Origin: Vulcanimicrobiaceae bacterium
GTDB taxonomy: Bacteria; Vulcanimicrobiota; Vulcanimicrobiia; Vulcanimicrobiales; Vulcanimicrobiaceae
Direction: 5' to 3'
Length of the DNA stretch: 58,526 nt
Assembly (NCBI GenBank): GCA_035701665.1
Contig: DASSRQ010000044.1
Coordinates: 1-58,526, forward strand
This document shows positions 1-10,640 of this stretch, piece after piece. Numbering within the stretch: the first letter of the stretch is position 1; every line of letters starts with the position of its first letter. The translations under genes were made by a program, and so were the position numbers. The notes beneath the pieces were generated by a model, which had not been told where the DNA came from, searched no databases, and saw only the letters and a program-made list of their open reading frames with translations.

Positions 1-2951
1 GCTACCCGGCCGCCTTTCGCAAGGTCGTCCAAGACCCGCAGGTTCTCGCGTTCGAGCGCGGCCAACGCTTCCTGGTCCGGCAGATGATGCCCGACGGCTC
101 GTTCGTCTTTGAGCACGGGAACTAAATATCTGCCCGTAAACGACGCCTTGTTGCGAGCCAGCTCTTCCGGCGTTCCGGTTCCGACGATGGTGCCGCCTTT
201 GTCGCCGCCTTCGGGACCGAGGTCGATGAGATAGTCGCCCGTCTTGATGACGTCGAGGTTGTGCTCGATAACGAGTACGGTGTTGCCGGTCTGCACCAGG
301 CGATCCAACACTTCGAGCAGCTTGTGAATATCCGCGAAATGCAGACCCGTCGTCGGCTCGTCGAGTACGTAGAACGTGCGTCCGGTCGAACGGCGCGAGA
401 GCTCGGTTGCGAGTTTGACGCGCTGCGCTTCGCCGCCCGAGAGCGTCGTTGCCGGTTGGCCCATCTTGATGTAGCCCAATCCGACGTCGCAGATCGTCTT
501 GAGTTTATTGTGAATGCGCGGAATCGCCGAGAAAAACGCCGACGCTTCGTCGACGCGCATCTCCAGCACGTCGGAGATCGTCTTGCCCTTGTACTTTACT
601 TCGAGCGTCTGCGCGTTGTAGCGCTTGCCTTTGCAGACTTCGCACGGCACGTAGACGTCGGGCAAGAAGTGCATCTCGATCTTGATGATGCCGTCGCCCT
701 GACACGATTCGCAGCGCCCGCCCTTCACGTTGAACGAGAAGCGGCCCGGCGTATAGCCGCGCATCTTCGCTTCCGGAACCATCGAGTACAGTTCGCGAAT
801 CTGATCGAATGCGCCGGTGTACGTGGCGGGATTGCTTCGCGGCGTACGGCCGATCGGCGACTGATCGATGACGACCATCTTATCGAGCTGGTCCGCGCCG
901 CGCACCGCGCCGTACGTGCCGCCCGCCGGCTGCCCGTGCAGATGCTGATTGAGCGCTTTGACCAGCACCTCGTTGACCAGCGACGATTTTCCGCTGCCGC
1001 TCACGCCCGTAACGCACGCAAAGACGCCGATCGGGAAGTCCACGTCAACGCCGGCCAAGTTGTTGGCGCGCGCATTTTTGACTTTGAGCCAGCCGCGCGC
1101 TTCGCGCCGCTGCTTCGGAATCGGAATAAACTTGCGGCCGGAGATGTACGCACCCGTCGCGGATTCGGGATGCTTCACGATCTGCTCGAGGTTTCCGACC
1201 GTGAGCACGTGGCCGCCCTCGGCGCCCGCGCCCGGACCGATGTCCACGACGACGTCGGCCGTGCGGATCGTATCCTCGTCGTGTTCGACGACGATCAGCG
1301 TGTTGCCGAGATCGCGCAGCGTGCGCAGCGTCGCCAGCAGACGATCGTTGTCGCGCTGGTGCAGACCGATCGACGGTTCGTCGAGGATGTACAGCACGCC
1401 GACCAGCGAGCTGCCGATCTGCGTTGCTAACCGGATGCGCTGCGACTCGCCGCCGGACAGCGTCGTGGCGGAACGCGAGAGCGTCAGATAGTTCAACCCG
1501 ACGTTCGTCAGAAACCCTAACCGCGCGCGAATCTCTTTGAGCACCTGATGCGAGATCTGGTGTTCGCGCTCGTTCGGAGCAAACTGCGTGAAGAACTTCT
1601 CGCAGTTTTCGATGCTCATACGCGTCAGCGCGTCGATGTTCGATCCGCCGATCGTCACCGCAAGCGCTTCGGGTTTCAGCCTTGCGCCTTTACACTGCGG
1701 ACAGGTCGAAGCCGATTGGAACTTCTCGATCTCTTCCTTGACGTAATCGCTGGACGTCTCGGCGTAGCGCCGTTCGAGGTTGTTGATCACGCCCTCGAAC
1801 GTCGAGCGGTACTCCCACACTTTGCCTGCGCGCGACTCGTACGCAAACTTTTCTTCACGGTCCGTACCGTACAAAATGATGTCGACGATCTCGTCGGACA
1901 TCTTCTCGATCGGCGTCGAGGTTTTCACGCGGTATTTGCGCAGCACGCGTTCCAGCTGCTGCAGGTAGTACGGATTCATCGACGGATAGCGGCCGCCGCC
2001 GAGCGACTTGCTCCACGGGACGATCGCACCGTCATCGATGGATTTGCTGCGGTCCGGGATAACTTTCCACGGATCGATCTCGACCTTTTCACCCAAACCG
2101 CTGCAGCCGGAACAGGCGCCGTACGGCGAGTTGAACGAGAACAGGCGCGGCGCGAGTTCTTCGAACGAGAGCCCGCAATGCACGCATGCGAACGCCTCGC
2201 TGAACGTGATCTCTTTCGTGTCCTTCGCACCCGGGTCTTGGACCAGCGCCGTCACGATACCGCTGGAAAGCCGCAGCGTCGTTTCGATGGAGTCCGTCAA
2301 GCGCTTGCGGATGTCGGGCTTGATGACCAAGCGGTCGACGATGACTTCGATCGTGTGCTTGCGCTTTTTGTCCAGCACGATCTTCTCGCGCAGCTCTTTG
2401 GTCTCACCGTCGACGCGAACGCGCGAGAAGCCCTCTTTGGCGATCTCTTCAAACAGTTTCGTATACTCGCCCTTGCGTCCGCGCACGAGCGGCGAGAGCA
2501 TCTGCAGGCGCGTGCCTTCCGGGAGCGCCATGATCGAGTCGACGATCTGTTCGCTGCTCTGCGAACTGATCTGCCGTCCGCAGTTATAGCAGTGCGGAAC
2601 GCCGATGCGCGCAAAGAGCAGACGCAGATAGTCGTAGATCTCGGTGACCGTACCGACCGTCGAGCGCGGATTGCGCGAGGTCGACTTCTGGTCGATGGAG
2701 ATTGCCGGCGAAAGGCCCTCGATGTAGTCTACATCGGGCTTCTCCATCTGGCCCAAAAACTGACGCGCGTAGGACGATAGCGACTCGACATAGCGGCGCT
2801 GTCCCTCGGCGTAGATCGTATCGAAGGCGAGTGAAGATTTCCCCGAGCCGGAAAGGCCGGTGATTACGATGAGTTTGTTGCGGGGCAGTACGAGGTCGAA
2901 GTTCTTGAGGTTATGCTCGCGCGCGCCCTTGATAACGATCGAATCAAGCAT
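1..2951 (-). CDS. uvrA: Excinuclease ABC subunit A (UvrA); 3' end lies outside the window
   Basis: Reverse-strand reading from the ATG (plus-strand cat at 2949-2951) gives [91 protein letters not shown]. This is the classic UvrA N-terminus with a Walker A motif. The frame stays open to position 1 ([13 protein letters not shown] near 130). It is missing from the ORF track because it is open-ended. Confidence 0.95.
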   Translation of the reverse strand, partial: MLDSIVIKGAREHNLKNFDLVLPRNKLIVITGLSGSGKSSLAFDTIYAEGQRRYVESLSSYARQFLGQMEKPDVDYIEGLSPAISIDQKSTSRNPRSTVGTVTEIYDYLRLLFARIGVPHCYNCGRQISSQSSEQIVDSIMALPEGTRLQMLSPLVRGRKGEYTKLFEEIAKEGFSRVRVDGETKELREKIVLDKKRKHTIEVIVDRLVIKPDIRKRLTDSIETTLRLSSGIVTALVQDPGAKDTKEITFSEAFACVHCGLSFEELAPRLFSFNSPYGACSGCSGLGEKVEIDPWKVIPDRSKSIDDGAIVPWSKSLGGGRYPSMNPYYLQQLERVLRKYRVKTSTPIEKMSDEIVDIILYGTDREEKFAYESRAGKVWEYRSTFEGVINNLERRYAETSSDYVKEEIEKFQSASTCPQCKGARLKPEALAVTIGGSNIDALTRMSIENCEKFFTQFAPNEREHQISHQVLKEIRARLGFLTNVGLNYLTLSRSATTLSGGESQRIRLATQIGSSLVGVLYILDEPSIGLHQRDNDRLLATLRTLRDLGNTLIVVEHDEDTIRTADVVVDIGPGAGAEGGHVLTVGNLEQIVKHPESATGAYISGRKFIPIPKQRREARGWLKVKNARANNLAGVDVDFPIGVFACVTGVSGSGKSSLVNEVLVKALNQHLHGQPAGGTYGAVRGADQLDKMVVIDQSPIGRTPRSNPATYTGAFDQIRELYSMVPEAKMRGYTPGRFSFNVKGGRCESCQGDGIIKIEMHFLPDVYVPCEVCKGKRYNAQTLEVKYKGKTISDVLEMRVDEASAFFSAIPRIHNKLKTICDVGLGYIKMGQPATTLSGGEAQRVKLATELSRRSTGRTFYVLDEPTTGLHFADIHKLLEVLDRLVQTGNTVLVIEHNLDVIKTGDYLIDLGPEGGDKGGTIVGTGTPEELARNKASFTGRYLVPVLKDERAVGHHLPDQEALAALERENLRVLDDLAKGGRV

Positions 2952-2996
2952 GCTTGAGCATCAACCCCTCAAGGCCTCAAATCGTTTCACCCTTGG

Positions 2997-4676
2997 TCAA
3001 GCGCCGATAACGCCGAGCGACGGCTCGGTCCGTCCGGTCAGCAGAACGTAGGCAGTGCCCGCCCGGTGGGCGAGAAGTTCGAGTGTTTCCACCTCTTCGG
3101 GCAGATAATGCGTGTGGTCGCGCTTCGGCCCGCAGACGATGAAGCCGACCAGCTGCCCGCGCGCCGTCATCGGCAATAGCAGCGAACCGCGCAGCGGATG
3201 ACCGGGCTCGTCGCATTCAAATGCTTCGTGCCAACGCCGAAGGCGGAGAACCGCAAAGTCGCTCTCGGAGAACCGCTGCGGCAAGGACCCGCATGCGGGC
3301 GTTTCGAGCGCGTAGGACGTGCCGTCGCCGGTGTACACGCCGGCAAAGTCGTTTTCCAAACGCACGCGCAGCGCTTCGTACGTTTGTCGCAGCAGATGCT
3401 GCGGATCGCCGATCAAGTCGGTTTCGAGGGCGAACCGGTGAAGAGCTTTGAGCGCCAGGGTTTGGGCGCGGAAGATCACGCCGTTGAGAAACGCTTCAAG
3501 ACGCTTGTGCAGCGTTGTAAGCAAGATACCGATGCCGACGGCTAGAGCGAGCTCGACCACGAGCGCGAAGCGCGACTCCGCCAGCCATCTTCCGAACGCC
3601 CAATCGACGAGCGCAAGAAGGCCGACGGTAAAGGACATAAGCAAGCCGTACACAAGCGCGCGGCTGACCACCAGGCGTATATCGAAAAGCCGGTGTTTGA
3701 GAATGGTATACGCAAGCGCTATCGGAGCGAGCAATAGCCACGCTTGCGCTAGATTGATCGCCGTGACGGGCGGAAAAATCGACATTGCGTTTTCGACGAA
3801 ATCGAGCGCAAGCATCGGAAGAAACGCGACGGCAAGTGCTGCGACGACCCACTGCAGCCGGCTGCGGCTGTTTTCGTCAGCGGCGGCATAACGTCCGAAC
3901 AGCACGACGACACCGAACGCATACAGCAGAACGGGAAGCGCTCGTGCCGCATTCGTCATAATAGCGGACCCGGAATCGCCGGCGAATACGAAAGCCGCAT
4001 ACTGACCGAACGTAACCGCCGTTAATGCCGGAGCCGCAACGAACACCGCGGCGCGTTCTACCCATAGCCAGCCGCCGGAGGGGACGCGATCGGGAAAGCG
4101 CAGAGCAAACACTGCAAACGCTACGGGCGCCAGCGCACCTTCAACGAAGAACGAGACCCACATCCAAAAGAGAGCGGTACCCGACACGTAGGTCACCGCG
4201 AGCGTTCCGCTGGTGCAAAAGAACGCCGAGAACACATAGAACGCCCACGTCGCCGGCATTGGGCGCAGCAGCACCAGCACGCCGGCCACCACAATGTATC
4301 CGATCAGTGCAATGACGGCGACGATGTCGGACGCGTTGTCGATGAACGAGCGCCGGTATTGATGCGCCGTCAGCGTGACCGTGCGTCCATCGCGCAGCGG
4401 CAGCCGCATGATGCTGCCTTCAGGCGCTCCGCTGAAGTACCCGACCCGTTCGCGGTCGCCGGGCGGCATGCGTTTCACGTCGATGCGATCGCCGGTATGC
4501 AGGCCGCTTCTCGTTGCCTCGGGACTCGCGGACGTTACGAGTCCGGTGCGATCCGCCGAGAATCCGAACGTGGCGAACGGGTGCCATGGCAAGAAAATAT
4601 CGCCGCCGTTAAAAGCGACGAGATAGGCCGTAAACACGACGATAAACGCCGTACGAACTGCAGCGCGGGCCGTCAT
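2997..4676 (-). CDS. Multi-pass membrane sensor-like protein with a C-terminal GAF-like domain and no recognisable output domain
   Basis: 559-aa ORF. It has an N-terminal TM helix, an extracytoplasmic segment of about 110 aa, and many hydrophobic helices. The cytoplasmic end reads [48 protein letters not shown], which is typical of the end of a GAF fold. Confidence 0.7.
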   Translation of the reverse strand: MTARAAVRTAFIVVFTAYLVAFNGGDIFLPWHPFATFGFSADRTGLVTSASPEATRSGLHTGDRIDVKRMPPGDRERVGYFSGAPEGSIMRLPLRDGRTVTLTAHQYRRSFIDNASDIVAVIALIGYIVVAGVLVLLRPMPATWAFYVFSAFFCTSGTLAVTYVSGTALFWMWVSFFVEGALAPVAFAVFALRFPDRVPSGGWLWVERAAVFVAAPALTAVTFGQYAAFVFAGDSGSAIMTNAARALPVLLYAFGVVVLFGRYAAADENSRSRLQWVVAALAVAFLPMLALDFVENAMSIFPPVTAINLAQAWLLLAPIALAYTILKHRLFDIRLVVSRALVYGLLMSFTVGLLALVDWAFGRWLAESRFALVVELALAVGIGILLTTLHKRLEAFLNGVIFRAQTLALKALHRFALETDLIGDPQHLLRQTYEALRVRLENDFAGVYTGDGTSYALETPACGSLPQRFSESDFAVLRLRRWHEAFECDEPGHPLRGSLLLPMTARGQLVGFIVCGPKRDHTHYLPEEVETLELLAHRAGTAYVLLTGRTEPSLGVIGA

Positions 4677-4727
4677 GGACGGATCATTCCCCGCGCTGCA
4701 GTCTGGTTCCCCATGCCAAGGGAATTT

Positions 4728-6812
4728 TTAGGTGTTGGAGCCGCCTCCAACGCGGAACACGTATTTGGCGATCACACGGTGCAGCGTCGAGCGCGACGCC
4801 GGCGTGCCGTATTCGAAGAAGAACTCGTCGCTGTTTTCAAATCGCTGGTGGAACAGCAGCGAGAGGTTCGTGCCCTGCGGCGCGTAGCCGCCCGCACCGT
4901 TAACGCCGCGCAGGCTCATCGCGAGCGTTCCGTTTCGCCCGAACGACCGGGCTACCGAGAACCGGCGCAGCCACTGCGAGTCGTGCAGGCCGTCGCCGCG
5001 TTCGACCGTTCCGTCGTACTCCCACGTAAAACTGTACGGTCCGAACGATTGGCTTGTCGAGAACGTCGCCTGCTGTAAAAACGCGCCGCCGAAGGGACCC
5101 CACGCGTATCCGACGTCGATAGGCGAAGGCGTGCTGTCTTTATAGCCGATGCCGATCTGCCGCAGATTGAACGGCACGAGCGGCGCCGACGGATCGGCGT
5201 CGAAGCGCAGCGCGCTGGTGCCGGTTCCCGCCGTGAAGCTGAGTTGGTTGTTGAACAGGACGTACAAACTGCCGTTGGCGTCGTACTCTTTCACCGCGCC
5301 GGCTGAATCGACAAAGCGGTCCACGATGCCGCCGAAGCTGTAGGTTTTTATCGCGCTCGTCTTCGGAGCAACGCCGTTATAGTTGAACGCGAAGCGCGGG
5401 CCGCGAATGTCGTCGAACGCCGTGTAGCCGTCGACCGGATTGAAGTTCGGGCTGACGTCGCGATAGTCGATTGCAGCGAACCACGCTGCGGTGTTCACGC
5501 CCTGCGAAGCGAACAGATAATGCGACTCGCCGGTGACCGTGTTGTTCTCGAGCTGCGCCTTGCCTATCGAGAACACGCCGCTGTGCGCGTTTGTCAGATT
5601 GAAACCGGCGCCGTACGCGCCGTCCTTGACGCCGTCGTGCTGCGCGAACACGCCTTCGGCACTCAAACGCAGCGTCTGCGCCGAGTTTCCGAACGAATAG
5701 CCGAGTGCGGTGTCGTTGAAGCCGGTGCCGGCGACGTTCAGTGCGCCAATCGCCGTGCTGCCGCTCGTTCCTTCCACTTTGACGCCGCGATCGAACACGC
5801 CGATCGACGGCGTATAAAATAACGATTCGGTAATGCCGTTCATCGTGATCGCCGGTAGAGCGTTGATGTAACGGGCGCCTTGCGCAAAGAACGGCCGGTA
5901 TTCTGTGTAGTTACGCGCGAACTGCTGCGGTGCGACGCTGGTTTGATCTTTTTCCACGTTTGAGAAGTCCGGATTGAGCGTCCCCACGACGTTCAGCGTT
6001 CCGCTGATCGGATACGTGAAGTCGACGCCCAGCGAGCGCGCTTTCATCTGACCGAACCGTCCGATGCCTTGTTGAAACCGGTTATGATCCGCGCCGGCCG
6101 ATCCGAGCGCGTAGACCTCCGCGTGCGGTTTGGCGCCGCCGCCTTTCGAGGTTACCGTAATGCCGTTGAGCAGCGGCCAAAACTGGGGCGAGGTCGGATC
6201 GGTCGCGTTCGCTTCGAACGCCCATACGTACAGATCGCCGGTCGCGGCGACGTAGCGGCCGACATTTGCACGCCAGTGCTGCGGCCCGTTCTGCAAGTGC
6301 ATTGCCGACAGCGGCACCACCAAGAGCACCGTATAGTTTCCGTCCGCGTCAACGTGCGCGTAGCTGCGCCAATCCGGAGCGTAACGGTTGTTCTCGGTGG
6401 ACGCTTCGTCATGCACGCCGGTGGGCGAGGATCGGAACGTGTACACGCGCGTGCCGTTACCGGACGTTTCGAGTTCGAGCGTAATATGATCGTCGGCCGC
6501 GATGCCCGCATGATCGACCTTCTGCTGCGCCGTGATCGGAATGCCGTGCTGCTCGGCCTGGACAGCCAAGTAGAGATACTTGTCGTCGTACATCAGATAG
6601 GCTGTGGTCGCATGCGCCGCCGGCGTCCGCGTCATGAAGTTTTCGAGCAGCGGTATCTTCAGCGCGTCCTTCCAGACCGCCGGATCGATCGCGGCTTGTG
6701 CGGGCGGCGGCGATGCCGCGCGCGCGGCAACGAACGACTGCGTATGATCCGCCGGCGCGGCCGTTTGTGCAAGCCCGACCACCAGCGCTCCAAGTGCAAA
6801 CATCCCGAACAT
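4728..6812 (-). CDS. Secreted CBM9-like/DUF5916-type protein (probable outer-membrane-associated)
   Basis: 694-aa ORF with a signal peptide (MFGMFALGALVVGLAQTAAPA). The N-terminal domain carries WKDAL...YLMYDDKYLYLAVQAEQ and DHITLELETSGNGTRVYTFRSSPTGVHDE, resembling CBM9/DOMON-like modules. The long C-terminal part is rich in beta-strand-like sequence. Confidence 0.65.
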   Translation of the reverse strand: MFGMFALGALVVGLAQTAAPADHTQSFVAARAASPPPAQAAIDPAVWKDALKIPLLENFMTRTPAAHATTAYLMYDDKYLYLAVQAEQHGIPITAQQKVDHAGIAADDHITLELETSGNGTRVYTFRSSPTGVHDEASTENNRYAPDWRSYAHVDADGNYTVLLVVPLSAMHLQNGPQHWRANVGRYVAATGDLYVWAFEANATDPTSPQFWPLLNGITVTSKGGGAKPHAEVYALGSAGADHNRFQQGIGRFGQMKARSLGVDFTYPISGTLNVVGTLNPDFSNVEKDQTSVAPQQFARNYTEYRPFFAQGARYINALPAITMNGITESLFYTPSIGVFDRGVKVEGTSGSTAIGALNVAGTGFNDTALGYSFGNSAQTLRLSAEGVFAQHDGVKDGAYGAGFNLTNAHSGVFSIGKAQLENNTVTGESHYLFASQGVNTAAWFAAIDYRDVSPNFNPVDGYTAFDDIRGPRFAFNYNGVAPKTSAIKTYSFGGIVDRFVDSAGAVKEYDANGSLYVLFNNQLSFTAGTGTSALRFDADPSAPLVPFNLRQIGIGYKDSTPSPIDVGYAWGPFGGAFLQQATFSTSQSFGPYSFTWEYDGTVERGDGLHDSQWLRRFSVARSFGRNGTLAMSLRGVNGAGGYAPQGTNLSLLFHQRFENSDEFFFEYGTPASRSTLHRVIAKYVFRVGGGSNT

Positions 6813-6861
6813 GTGAAAACTCCTTACCGGCTCCTCGGCCTCACCATGACGATGCCACCCC

Positions 6862-6905
6862 TCCGTCTAGCCAGCGTCTAAGCCTTGCTAGACGCTCCGT
6901 AGACG
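6862..6905. promoter_or_regulatory. Nested dyad (four CGTCTA/TAGACG cores) in a divergent promoter region
   Basis: CGTCTA occurs at 6863-6868 and 6874-6879. TAGACG occurs at 6888-6893 and 6899-6904. The inner arms extend to a perfect 8-bp inverted repeat, AGCGTCTA (6872-6879) and TAGACGCT (6888-6895). The element lies between the divergent starts at 6812 and 6927. Confidence 0.4.
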
Positions 6906-6926
6906 CGGCCGCGCTAGGATGCCGTC

Positions 6927-7337
6927 ATGGAAACGTCAGCCCGGGAACTCGCCGTCCGAACCGATATCGCGCAAATGTACCGATCGTACGCACAGGCGTT
7001 GGAGGCCCGGGACGCGCCCACGCTTGCCGCGCACTACAGCGACGACGCGGTCGTCCTCGTCCCGGGCGTCGATCTTATTGCGGGTGCGCAGGCCGTGCGC
7101 GCCTATTGCGAAGGGCTCTGCTCGCTGCCGTACCGTTTCCGGCTCAACGGATTTACGCTCGAGCATCTGCTCGTCGACGGCGTCTATGCTATCGAGGTGA
7201 GCCGCTATGCCGCGGTTACGACTCCACTGCAGCGCGAAGGCGGAACGGTGCGGCAAACCAAGAGCCTGCTGGTATGGCGCAAAGCAGGCGCAAAGTGGCT
7301 GATCGTCCGCGAGATGTACAGCGACGTCAGAGCGTAG
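6927..7337 (+). CDS. SnoaL-like / DUF4440 (NTF2-fold) family protein
   Basis: 136-aa ORF. IAQMYRSYAQALEARDAPTLAAHYSDDAVVL ... WRKAGAKWLIVREMYS is the typical DUF4440 pattern. Confidence 0.8.
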   Translation: METSARELAVRTDIAQMYRSYAQALEARDAPTLAAHYSDDAVVLVPGVDLIAGAQAVRAYCEGLCSLPYRFRLNGFTLEHLLVDGVYAIEVSRYAAVTTPLQREGGTVRQTKSLLVWRKAGAKWLIVREMYSDVRA

Positions 7338-10300
7338 GCCACAACCGGTCGCCGTGAGCGCGCAAGATCGCGCGGTTCAGCGGCATCTGTAAAAAGACTT
7401 CGCGCGCATTCGAACCTGAAAACCGCTCGCTGCGCGAAACAACGATCGAAGCGGCCGCGTTCAACAGCAGCGCGCTCCGGTCGCGTTCGCCGGTCGCGCG
7501 CGATGCTTGCGCCGCATACCACAACGGTTCTTGCGGCATGAATCCTTCGTCGGCCAACTCGTCGAGCGACCGTTCCACCTCGTCCAAGTACGAAGCGGCC
7601 TCCGCACCGCGCCCGGCTTTCACGAGTTCGAACGCGAGCGTTGCACCGATCAGCAGCGTTTGCAGATGGTACCGCCGCTCGCGATGCACCTCGTACGCGC
7701 GCTCGAGTGCCGGGATACCGCGCTCGAAGTCGCCCATCTCGCAGCGCACGTGGCCGTACGTCGTCATCAAATGATGGATGACGAAATACTCGTCGCGCAC
7801 CGCATCGAGCTCCTGGAGCACCGACTCCGCCAAAGCGGACGCTTCGTCCAAGCGATCCAGCAGGCGCAGTCCGAAGACGGCGTTTGCGGCGCCGATCGCT
7901 ATGAGTTCGTGCGATCGCGATTGGCGGGCAAGATCCAACGCCTGCAGCGATGCTTCCAAGCCGCGCTCGACCTCGCCGGCAGAGTACCAATACAATCCGA
8001 GGAAGCGCACGAGCTGCGCATACTCCATGCGCCTAGGGCTTTCTGAAAGCAGCGCCCGTGCGGCGTTGAGATGTTCGAATGCGTCGTCGGGTTCGAACCG
8101 GTACATCGCTACGGCGCCGAGATAGCTCTGCGCGACGCCGATAGACCCGCGGTCGCCGGCGCGTTCGCCTGCCTCAAGCAGACGCGTTGCCGCATGCACG
8201 CAGACCGAACGATCGACGTGCAGAAAAATCCGCGCTTCTGCCGCCGCGACAAGCGATGCCGCGTCGGGATCGTTAACGTCGCGCTCCAATGCGCGTCCGG
8301 TCTCGAGCAGATCCGCATACGGGCGCGTAAACCCGTCGCAAAACTGCAAAAGCCAGACACAGCAAAACAGTTGGCCGTACGTATAGTTCGCTGCCGCGCA
8401 GCGCTCCATCGCTTCGAGCCCGGCTTCCCAAGCGCGTTGCGGGTCGCCCCGCAGCAGCAGCGACGCCGCATCGAACAATCGTACGCGAGCGCGCCAAATC
8501 TCGCTTTCCGGAACGATCTCCGCAAACGACTGCAGGCCGGCGGTCAAAGCGGGTTCGTCGTTTTCGACGAACGCAAGCGCAAGCCGGTTGTAAGCTGCCC
8601 GTACGCGCAGCATCGGATCTCCGGTACGGAGCGCGGCCGTTTCCATACCGTCGATGGCCGCGAGTTGATCTTCCCGGCGGTCCGCGCGCCGGTGGAAGAG
8701 ATTGATGAGTACCTCGTACGCCTCCGCGTGCACCGCGGCATCGTCACCGAGTGAAAGCGCCGCGCGTGCAAAGCGCTCCGCTTCTTCATTCGCGTACGAT
8801 GCGACGGCGCGGCGCGCTGCGGCGGCGTACTCTCTCGACGCGTCGCCCGGCGCACCCGCGCGTTCGTAATGATAGGCGCGCGCAGCCGCAAACTCGGAAC
8901 CGGCGTTTTCAAACGTTTGCGCAAGGCGCGCATGCGCAGACGCAACCGCATCTTCCGACGCGAGCGCATAAAAGGCTTGGCGAACTAAATCGTGGACGAA
9001 GGCGTACGTGATGCCCGCGGGCGTCGGCTCTTCACGCAGAAACCGCGTGCGCACGAGCTCGTCCGCCGCGCGCTTCCCATCGGCGCGCAGCAACTCCGAC
9101 GCGACGCCGGGCGGCACGGATATGCCTGCGGCCGCAAAGAGCAGTGCGAGTTCCAGCGCGCTACTGCTGAGCGTCTGCGCCCGCGCACGCACGAGTGCGC
9201 GCACGCTTTCGGGAACGTTCTCCGGCGAGCCGGACGCTGCGTACTCGATGAGCTCGGTGAGAAAGAACGCATTGCCGCCGGAACGGCGGTAGAGCGAATC
9301 GACGGCAGCCGCGTCGATCGCGGCGCCCAAACGCGACCGGATCAGTTCTTCGGCCGAGGCTTTGTCGAGCGGCGCGAGCGTGATATGCGCGAAGCCGCTC
9401 CGGCTCGAAAGCGAACGGCGCATCGCCCACAGCGGATGATCCGGCGCGATAGCGTCGTCGCGGTACGTACCGGCGATCAGCACGCGATGACCGCGCAGAC
9501 GCCGCGCGAGAAACTCTAAAAGCGCGATGAAGTCGGCGCCGGCCCAGTGCAGATCTTCGACGCAAAGAAGCAGCGGGCGCTTTGCGGCGCGTGCTTCCAT
9601 GGCTGCGGCGAACGAGGCAAAAACCGTTCCGCGTTCGCTTGCCGCCGCCAGCGGGTGCGACTCCGTTCGTCCCGCGGCAAGTCCCAGCGCACGCGCGAGC
9701 GGTTCGAAAGCGGTCTGAGCCGCGCTGCCGGCATCGGCGAACACGGCATCTCCGCGCTGCGAGCGGACGTGCTGCGCGAACGATTGCAGCAGGCGCGTCT
9801 TCCCGGCACCCGCTTCTCCACCGACGAGCACGACGGCGCCTTGACCGCTTTCCGCGCGCCGCCATTGTAGCAGCAGCGCGTCGGTCTCGCTCGCCCGTCC
9901 GATCAATCCGGGATCGTTGGCCGCAGGCGCCGGTGCAGCCGGCTGCTGCTTTGCAAAAGATTCGTAGAGCGAACTCGTTTGCGCGTCGGGTTCTACATCG
10001 AGTTCCGCGCGAAGGCGTTCGCGGAAGCGCTCGTATTCCGCCAGCGCGCCGGCACGATCGCCGGCTTGCATGCGCGCACGCATGATGGCGCGCACGGCGT
10101 CCTCGCGCCACGGATCGAGGGCGATCAATGCGCGGGCGAACTGCTCGGCGGAGGCGGGATCGCGCGCGCGTTCCGCGTCGGCGCAGAGCGCGGCCAAGTT
10201 GTTGAGCTGGAGCGTACGCAGGCGGTCGCGATCGTAGAAGAGCGCCTCGTCGTCGCAGCCTGCCGCGAGATCGCCGCGATAGAGTTCGGACGCGTCCTTT

Positions 10301-10638
10301 CGCAGTTGCGCGTACTTGCTTTGCCGCTCGAACTCGGCAACGTCGAGCCGGTACGGCGCATCCGGATTCCATTGCACCGATTTGCGGTCGGCAAGCATCC
10401 ATTGTCCGGGCGGAAGCGTATTCTGCAGATAGTGCAGGTGCCGGCGCAGATTGGTCCGCGCATCTTCCTCGTCGATCTCCGGCCACAACAGGCCCGCGAG
10501 CTGCTCTCGCGAGACCGGTCCGCCCCGCCGGAGCAGCAGCAAACACAGCAGCGGCAGCGTCTTCGGCGGCGCGGAAAACGCGTGCGGCCGCCGTTCGAAG
10601 AGGAACGACGGTTCACCCAAAAGGCAGATGTCGAGCAT
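7327..10638 (-). CDS. SARP/AfsR-like regulator: winged-helix + BTAD + P-loop NTPase (STAND) + TPR
   Basis: The start is set at the ATG at 10638 (MLDICLLGEPSFLFERRPHAF...LLCLLLLRRGGPVSREQLAGLLWPEIDEEDARTNLRRHLHYLQ, an OmpR-type DNA-binding region). A BTAD-like segment follows (ELYRGDLAAGCDDEALFYDRDRL). Walker A is VLVGGEAGAGKTRLL and Walker B is LLLCVEDLHWAG. A long helical-repeat tail completes the protein. The extra 184 codons of track ORF 7327-11190 overlap the HAD gene and look non-coding. Confidence 0.85.
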   Translation of the reverse strand: MLDICLLGEPSFLFERRPHAFSAPPKTLPLLCLLLLRRGGPVSREQLAGLLWPEIDEEDARTNLRRHLHYLQNTLPPGQWMLADRKSVQWNPDAPYRLDVAEFERQSKYAQLRKDASELYRGDLAAGCDDEALFYDRDRLRTLQLNNLAALCADAERARDPASAEQFARALIALDPWREDAVRAIMRARMQAGDRAGALAEYERFRERLRAELDVEPDAQTSSLYESFAKQQPAAPAPAANDPGLIGRASETDALLLQWRRAESGQGAVVLVGGEAGAGKTRLLQSFAQHVRSQRGDAVFADAGSAAQTAFEPLARALGLAAGRTESHPLAAASERGTVFASFAAAMEARAAKRPLLLCVEDLHWAGADFIALLEFLARRLRGHRVLIAGTYRDDAIAPDHPLWAMRRSLSSRSGFAHITLAPLDKASAEELIRSRLGAAIDAAAVDSLYRRSGGNAFFLTELIEYAASGSPENVPESVRALVRARAQTLSSSALELALLFAAAGISVPPGVASELLRADGKRAADELVRTRFLREEPTPAGITYAFVHDLVRQAFYALASEDAVASAHARLAQTFENAGSEFAAARAYHYERAGAPGDASREYAAAARRAVASYANEEAERFARAALSLGDDAAVHAEAYEVLINLFHRRADRREDQLAAIDGMETAALRTGDPMLRVRAAYNRLALAFVENDEPALTAGLQSFAEIVPESEIWRARVRLFDAASLLLRGDPQRAWEAGLEAMERCAAANYTYGQLFCCVWLLQFCDGFTRPYADLLETGRALERDVNDPDAASLVAAAEARIFLHVDRSVCVHAATRLLEAGERAGDRGSIGVAQSYLGAVAMYRFEPDDAFEHLNAARALLSESPRRMEYAQLVRFLGLYWYSAGEVERGLEASLQALDLARQSRSHELIAIGAANAVFGLRLLDRLDEASALAESVLQELDAVRDEYFVIHHLMTTYGHVRCEMGDFERGIPALERAYEVHRERRYHLQTLLIGATLAFELVKAGRGAEAASYLDEVERSLDELADEGFMPQEPLWYAAQASRATGERDRSALLLNAAASIVVSRSERFSGSNAREVFLQMPLNRAILRAHGDRLWPTL

Positions 10639-10640
10639 CG

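Noticed and set aside
261-2780. Long plus-strand ORFs (389 aa and 410 aa, plus smaller ones) covering the first 2.8 kb
   Set aside because: Their translations are Arg/Ala/Asp/Val-rich with no motifs. The opposite strand reads as an unmistakable UvrA. They are GC-driven shadow ORFs.
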